Below, in pieces: positions 24,386 through 29,485 of a stretch of 29,485 nt of DNA (the stretch's first letter is position 1; each line of letters opens with the position of its first letter). The notes below the pieces were generated by a model, which was not told the origin of the DNA, did not search any database, and was given only the letters and a program-made list of their open reading frames with translations. The translations under genes and the position numbers were made by a program. Source of the stretch: Candidatus Aenigmatarchaeota archaeon (GTDB lineage: Archaea; Aenigmatarchaeota; Aenigmatarchaeia; Aenigmatarchaeales; JAHLMR01); the NCBI GenBank assembly GCA_018920255.1, contig JAHLMR010000007.1, positions 1-29,485 on the forward strand. The letters are read 5' to 3'.

Positions 24386-25668
24386 TTATTTTTATTCTTT
24401 TTAATAGATTTATTATTTTTCATTTCTTTTAAATAAAGTGAAATTGCATAGTTTACCGGATTTTTTTTACAATTTTCATTTTTTTGACATATTCCTATTG
24501 ATTTATAATATAAATCAGAATCGCAATTTGCTGGCATTAAAACTCTTGATTGTCTTGCATGCCATTTAATTTGAGTTGTTATATATCTTTCTGAAAGTTT
24601 TTGTGTGTTTTTCGAATTCCATTCTAAAAGAATTTTTTCAATATCCTGAATATTCCAACCAACATTTTGTAAAAATGTTATAATTGTAAAAATAGATCTT
24701 TTTTTACCATCTGAAAGACCCTTTAAAATATTTTTTATACAAGGTGGAAAATATTTTTCTGGTATTTTAAATCCTATTTTTATATTTTTTTTCTTTTCTT
24801 CTATCTTTTGTGGTTTAAAAAATCCAGTTTCAGCAGCCCATTTAAATGCTGCATCAATAAGATCATTTGCTTCATCTTTTTTATTAATAAGAAAATCAGC
24901 ATATATTTTTGGTTTTTTAAAATCAGCCCATTCTATATTAAAGTTTTTTATATCTGATATTTTTATTGGAATTGAAATTTTCCATGTTTTTTCATTAAAT
25001 GAGTAAGGCATTCTAAACAAATGCCTTACTCCCCAATTTTTTTCTATTTCAACAAATTCATAAGGTGATAATTCTTTTAAAGATGGTATAAGATTTATTA
25101 AAGAGCTATAGCCGCCTTCTAATGCAACAAGTCTTTCAAGTAAGCGATCTTTAATTTTTTCACTTATAAAAGAAGAAATTAATCTTGGGAGATTTGGATA
25201 AAATTCTGAAATTGATTTACCATTTATTTTTTCTGGAAATGCGTTAGAAGCTATTGCAATATGAAAACCCCTTCTTCCACTAAACTTAATAGTTGGAGAT
25301 ATTGAATACTGTTTAAGAAACTCGCATACTTCAATTGCACATTCTTTAGAATGTTCTAATTTAACTTTAGAATCAATATCTATTATCAAATCAAACCCAC
25401 AACGAAGTTTATTTAATTCTAATTCATTTGACGTTATACTCATTGGTTGTGACCAATGCTCAACAGAACAATGGAATGCAACTGCTCCTTTCTCTACTCT
25501 TTCAACAATATCTCTAGAGTATAATAAAATATCTGGTCTTTTTAAATAAATACCATCTGATGTTACAGAAACAACTTCTCTATTTTTTGAAAAAGAAAGA
25601 ATTTTTTCTTGAATAATCTTATTTGAATAGTAATTTAGAATTTCTTCTTTAGATAAGCTTTCTACCAT
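24382..25668 (-). CDS. DNA primase, fused PriS catalytic domain + PriL C-terminal Fe-S domain
   Basis: AEP motifs FDLIIDIDSK, SGRRGFHI and FRMPYSFNEKT. C-terminal YFPPCIKNILKGLSDGKKRSIFTIITFLQNVGW plus Cys in ANC, GIC and ENC resembles PriL-CTD. Confidence 0.8.
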   Translation of the reverse strand: MVESLSKEEILNYYSNKIIQEKILSFSKNREVVSVTSDGIYLKRPDILLYSRDIVERVEKGAVAFHCSVEHWSQPMSITSNELELNKLRCGFDLIIDIDSKVKLEHSKECAIEVCEFLKQYSISPTIKFSGRRGFHIAIASNAFPEKINGKSISEFYPNLPRLISSFISEKIKDRLLERLVALEGGYSSLINLIPSLKELSPYEFVEIEKNWGVRHLFRMPYSFNEKTWKISIPIKISDIKNFNIEWADFKKPKIYADFLINKKDEANDLIDAAFKWAAETGFFKPQKIEEKKKNIKIGFKIPEKYFPPCIKNILKGLSDGKKRSIFTIITFLQNVGWNIQDIEKILLEWNSKNTQKLSERYITTQIKWHARQSRVLMPANCDSDLYYKSIGICQKNENCKKNPVNYAISLYLKEMKNNKSIKKNKNK

Positions 25669-25719
25669 ATACGTAAAATATCTGTAAAATTTAAAAAGAT
25701 TGAAATATCTTGAAATACT

Positions 25720-26664
25720 ATGAAAAGAGAAGATATTTTAAAGGAAGAGGTAAAAGATTATAGAGTTTTAGAAATAAAAAATGTTTCAGAAATTTCAAAA
25801 AAAATGTTAGAATCTGGGGGTTTTACTGCAAAATCCTTTGGTAAAGCTGTTGATATTTTAACAGATATGTTTAAATCAGATTGTATAAAATTTCTTTCTT
25901 TTCCTGGTTGTATAGTTTCTACAGGACTGCGTGGAGTAATTGCAGAATTAATAGAAAATGGGTTTGTAGATGTTATTATTACTACATGTGGAACATTAGA
26001 TCATGATCTTGCTAGAGCATGGGGAGGAAAATATTGGCATGGAAGTTTTGAATATGATGATGCTTCCTTAAAGGATATTGAAATTAACAGATTAGGAAAT
26101 ATACTTGTTCCAAATGAAAGTTACGGAATTATTATAGAAGAAAAAATGAAAGAAATTTTAACAAAAATTTTTAAGGAAAAAAATATTTGGTCTGGTTTTG
26201 AATTAATACAAAAAATTGGAGAAACTCTTAATGATAAAAATTCAATATTATATCAGTGTGCAAAAAGAAAAATACCTATTTTTGTACCAGGAATAACGGA
26301 TGGAGCGTTTGGTACTAATCTTGTTTGGTTTTCTCAAGAAAATGACTTTAAATTAGATCTTTTGGAAGATGAAAAGGAACTTGCAAAAATTTCATTTACA
26401 AAGAAAAAAACTGGAGCATTAATGATAGGTGGAGGAATTTCCAAGCATCATACTATATGGTGGAATCAATTTAAAGGTGGTCTTGATTTTGCTGTTTACA
26501 TAACTACGGCAACTCAATACGATGGCTCTTTAAGTGGAGCAAGACTTGAAGAAGCTATAAGTTGGGGTAAAATTTCAAAAAATGCAAAATATACAACAAT
26601 AGATGGAGATGCAACATTAATTCTTCCATTTTTATTAAAAGCTGTTTATGAAAGAATATTATAA
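25720..26664 (+). CDS. dys: Deoxyhypusine synthase
   Basis: STGLRGVIAELIENGFVDVIITTCGTLDHDL...GGGISKHH...ISWGK. Confidence 0.85.
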   Translation: MKREDILKEEVKDYRVLEIKNVSEISKKMLESGGFTAKSFGKAVDILTDMFKSDCIKFLSFPGCIVSTGLRGVIAELIENGFVDVIITTCGTLDHDLARAWGGKYWHGSFEYDDASLKDIEINRLGNILVPNESYGIIIEEKMKEILTKIFKEKNIWSGFELIQKIGETLNDKNSILYQCAKRKIPIFVPGITDGAFGTNLVWFSQENDFKLDLLEDEKELAKISFTKKKTGALMIGGGISKHHTIWWNQFKGGLDFAVYITTATQYDGSLSGARLEEAISWGKISKNAKYTTIDGDATLILPFLLKAVYERIL

Positions 26665-26666
26665 TT

Positions 26667-27416
26667 TTATTCTTCGCTTACACGCGGAGCCAATATAAAC
26701 GATAAATGTATGTTTGGATTAGAGAATTCTAATTTTATAGGATAATCTGTTCCAAAACTTATTTTTGCTATTTCTGAAAGTTTAGATGCTTTAATTATTT
26801 TTTTCAAATAGTCTAATGGGTATCTTGATTTTACTGTTTCTCTAATATTATTTATAGTTAAATTCTCTCCTGCATTTACTTTTATTTCAACTTTACTTCC
26901 ATCGCCTTCTGCTTTTAATATGAATTTATCCTTTTGTAATTCAAATAACATAGAATCAGCTATTATATCACCATCCGAAATACCTTGTTCAAGTATTTCT
27001 GATTTTATATCTGCAGTAGAAGGAAATTCTAATCCAGTTATTTGACTTGTTTCTTCAGAAGAAATATCTAATATGGGTATTGCAAATGTTCTTGTTGACT
27101 TTCCTTCTGAATAAAGTTCTAATCTTTGTTCTTCTTCATTAAACTTTAAAGTAAGAATATCTGAAGGATCTATCCTTTTCAAAATTGTAAGAAAGTTAAT
27201 TATATTTAATCCTATATCTAAATCACCAGAATAGTTATATTCTGCAAACGCATTAGAAAATATTTTAAAATCAACAAGAGTAACCATAGCTCTATCTGTT
27301 GCAGTTAATTCTATACCACTGCTTCTAATTTTTAAAACACCCTCATCTATTAATTGAGCGATTGTTTCTATAGAATCACGAAATGCTTTAATATCAGTTA
27401 ACTTTGCTGAAAACAT
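26667..27416 (-). CDS. pcn: DNA polymerase sliding clamp (PCNA)
   Basis: MFSAKLTDIKAFRDSIETIAQLIDEGVLKIRSSGIELTATDRAMVTLVDF; 249 aa. Confidence 0.9.
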   Translation of the reverse strand: MFSAKLTDIKAFRDSIETIAQLIDEGVLKIRSSGIELTATDRAMVTLVDFKIFSNAFAEYNYSGDLDIGLNIINFLTILKRIDPSDILTLKFNEEEQRLELYSEGKSTRTFAIPILDISSEETSQITGLEFPSTADIKSEILEQGISDGDIIADSMLFELQKDKFILKAEGDGSKVEIKVNAGENLTINNIRETVKSRYPLDYLKKIIKASKLSEIAKISFGTDYPIKLEFSNPNIHLSFILAPRVSEE

Positions 27417-27458
27417 ACAACCACCTCTATTTAATTTTAATTAATAAAATATTTAAAT

Positions 27459-27770
27459 TCAAAATTTTATTGTATTTTCTCTTATTTTTCTATTCAATTC
27501 AATATCAAAATTATTTATTTCTTGTACACAACAACCAAAGCATTTTTCTCCTATAACATCTGCAATTACTTTAACTCTTTGCCCAGAATTTATGTATGAT
27601 AATTTATCTTCTGAATCAAATAATACTTCAACTATTCCAGTACCATCATCTAAAAAAAATGAACTTTTATTTAAATTAACTATTGTTCCTAAAAGTCTCA
27701 CTCTTCCATTTTTTGGTAATTCAGAAATTTTAGAATCATTAAAATGGGCTGTTTTTTTAATAAATGGCAT
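27459..27770 (-). CDS. OB-fold protein (RPA32/Stn1-like nucleic-acid-binding fold)
   Basis: VRLLGTIVNLNKSSFFLDDGTGIVEVLF is the characteristic OB pattern. Its function is inferred. Confidence 0.5.
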   Translation of the reverse strand: MPFIKKTAHFNDSKISELPKNGRVRLLGTIVNLNKSSFFLDDGTGIVEVLFDSEDKLSYINSGQRVKVIADVIGEKCFGCCVQEINNFDIELNRKIRENTIKF

Positions 27771-27852
27771 ATTAAATTTTTATATTAATGAAATTAATAA
27801 AGATTTTGTTTTATAAAAAATTTTAAATATCCTAAAAAAATAATTAAAAAAT

Positions 27853-28131
27853 ATGTTTGGAAAAATTGAATCAATAATAAAAGAAAAAAATTTGAAATTA
27901 TCTGATTGTGATTATCATACAATGAGAAGCTTAGAGAACGGCGGAAAAATTAGAGCTTTGGTTTTAAAGGGTGAAAAAATAGCTCATGTTGAATATATTT
28001 GTCCAAATTGTAAAAATTATGAATATAAAACAATAGAGTGGAAACAAGTTTCTAAAGGTGCAAAATATAGATTTACTGTAGATTGTGGAAAATGTGGTTT
28101 TAAAATTAAAGTTGAAAAGCTGAAAAAATAG
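27853..28131 (+). CDS. Zinc-ribbon protein, hypothetical
   Basis: CPNCKN...CGKCG, 92 aa. Confidence 0.5.
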   Translation: MFGKIESIIKEKNLKLSDCDYHTMRSLENGGKIRALVLKGEKIAHVEYICPNCKNYEYKTIEWKQVSKGAKYRFTVDCGKCGFKIKVEKLKK

Positions 28132-28155
28132 ATTAAGTAGATATTAGATTCCTAT

Positions 28156-28222
28156 TTTACATTTTTAACTTCAGTAAATACTAATTCTCTGTCTTTTGTT
28201 TTTGAAATAATATCGAATTTTA
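28156..28222 (-). pseudogene. Decayed fragment of the PD-(D/E)xK-like gene found at 29129-29485
   Basis: 67 nt with 4 mismatches versus 29349-29415. It translates as KFDIISKTKDRELVFTEVKNVK and is bounded by stops on both sides. Confidence 0.7.
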
Positions 28223-28277
28223 GGACCTATTGAAATGAAGTTTTCTTTGTTTCACATATCTATTATTATTTTTCCGT

Positions 28278-29126
28278 TCAGATTAAATATTCTTTTACAT
28301 TCCATAATGTTTTATATTCTTCTAAACTTTTGAAAAATTCTTCTTTATTTTCAGCTAAAGCACTTACTATTAAATTATAAAACAAATAATCACGATATTT
28401 TTTGTATTTCTCTTTTTGAGCTTTAGTTAATTTTTTCTTATCTAAAGGAAAATGTAAAAGAAAGAATATACCTCCATCATCAAATACTTCTTTCTTAAGT
28501 GCAGGGGCATTTTTTACTTCTTGAGGTAAAATTTCTAAAAATTTTGGACCGAAAATGTAAAACGGTGAATTAAATGCTGCTATTATCCAACCATCAATTA
28601 CTTTATTGAAATCTGTTTCTTTGGGTAATCTTTTATGTTTTAAAATAAAATCCCAAACAGTTATTGCACTTGTTGCATCTTCATCTTCTAAAATACTATA
28701 AATAGAATAAACTAATGAAGGACGAACAAGTAAATATAAATCTTTAACAAAATTAATAATTAATTTTTGATTTTTAATTGATTTAATCTCTCCATCTGTG
28801 GAGAAAGCTATCATGTCCCATTCTATTTTTTTTCTGTCTTTATTTACATCTTTAGGGAAAAAAGAAATACCAACCAAACTGCTAAATACTTTAAAATCTA
28901 AATATAAATTAAATAAATCTCTTTTTTTACATCTTTCGCTCCAACGTTTTATTGCTTCATCTAATGTGTAATCAACATAATCAAGATTTTCATTTTCATA
29001 TTTAGTTAAAAACTTTCCATTATATTTTTTAATAATCAAATCAGCTACTTTTTTAAGTACTTCTTCTGTTATTGGTATTGTTTGTTCGAAACATACAACT
29101 AAACGTTTTTCTTTTGAAATTGACAT
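28278..29126 (-). CDS. Hypothetical protein (282 aa), no recognisable motif
   Basis: Long ORF. The ATG at 29126 lies 2 nt after the upstream stop (TGAATATG); the track start TTG is at 29132. Confidence 0.6.
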   Translation of the reverse strand: MSISKEKRLVVCFEQTIPITEEVLKKVADLIIKKYNGKFLTKYENENLDYVDYTLDEAIKRWSERCKKRDLFNLYLDFKVFSSLVGISFFPKDVNKDRKKIEWDMIAFSTDGEIKSIKNQKLIINFVKDLYLLVRPSLVYSIYSILEDEDATSAITVWDFILKHKRLPKETDFNKVIDGWIIAAFNSPFYIFGPKFLEILPQEVKNAPALKKEVFDDGGIFFLLHFPLDKKKLTKAQKEKYKKYRDYLFYNLIVSALAENKEEFFKSLEEYKTLWNVKEYLI

Positions 29127-29128
29127 AT

Positions 29129-29485
29129 TCAATCAACCTTATCTATTACTATTATATCAATATTATATATTGATTTAAATTCTTCTAATTTATTTAAAAT
29201 AGTTTTTGGTATTTTTTCATGTGATATAAATCTATATTTAATTTTTTGATTAATTTCAATGTTTTTAAGAAAAATAAGATGTGATTTTATTTGTTTTATT
29301 ATTTCTTTGAAATCTTTAGTTTCGGAATTTTCATAAATTTTTTCCCAATTTACATTTTTAACTTCAGTAAATACTAATTCTCCATCTTTTGTTTCTGAAA
29401 TAATATCGAATTCTATGTTTTCTGTTTCTTTTTCTCTAATTCTTTTAATCTCTTTAATAGCATTTTCATTTATTTTAATATTTTT
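29129..29485 (-). CDS. C-terminal part of a PD-(D/E)xK-like nuclease-fold protein (possibly DUF234-type), 5' end outside the window
   Basis: I translated 118 codons plus stop by hand, in frame to the window edge. The core is EFDIISETKDGELVFTEVKNVNW (D...E-x-K). Confidence 0.55.
   Translation of the reverse strand, partial: KNIKINENAIKEIKRIREKETENIEFDIISETKDGELVFTEVKNVNWEKIYENSETKDFKEIIKQIKSHLIFLKNIEINQKIKYRFISHEKIPKTILNKLEEFKSIYNIDIIVIDKVD
29349..29415 (-). repeat. Direct repeat partner of 28156-28222
   Basis: 63/67 identical in a manual alignment. The two copies are 1193 bp apart and bracket the 282-aa gene. Confidence 0.8.

Overview
This is a very AT-rich, tightly packed archaeal chromosome segment. 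GC is about 22-25% in lines I counted by hand, not computed for the whole window. The gene content is typical of archaeal information processing: eL42(L44e)-eS27-aIF2alpha-Nop10, eL37-Sm, RpoK, PCNA, GINS, AsnRS, deoxyhypusine synthase, Pth2, TruD and Sec61beta. A single-polypeptide PriS+PriL-CTD primase, the small proteins and the AT-richness suggest a DPANN-type (Nanoarchaeota/Woesearchaeota-like) archaeon; that is an inference. The first ~13 kb is a cell-surface region. It holds an archaeal type IV pilin, a processive GT2 synthase, an S-layer protein, a membrane-anchored wHTH protein, two FlaJ/TadC-like platform genes and four small pilin-like genes. The most striking signal is in the tRNA genes. 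All five that I can fold by eye (CAU, Thr-CGU, Gly-CCC, Gly-UCC, Lys-CUU) are interrupted at the same place in the T-loop, after TTC(A/G)AA. Four of the insertions are 84-112 nt elements built from related, near-palindromic GAAG/CTTC hairpin modules. The Met/Ile2(CAU) and Lys copies lie 19.4 kb apart and are identical over about 125 nt. The CAU and Thr genes also carry a related short extra segment in the D-loop, and the CAU gene has a canonical 37/38 intron as well. The right end of the window holds a truncated PD-(D/E)xK-like gene and an unknown 282-aa gene. These sit next to a decayed 67-nt copy of the nuclease core, which suggests a partly duplicated accessory cassette.
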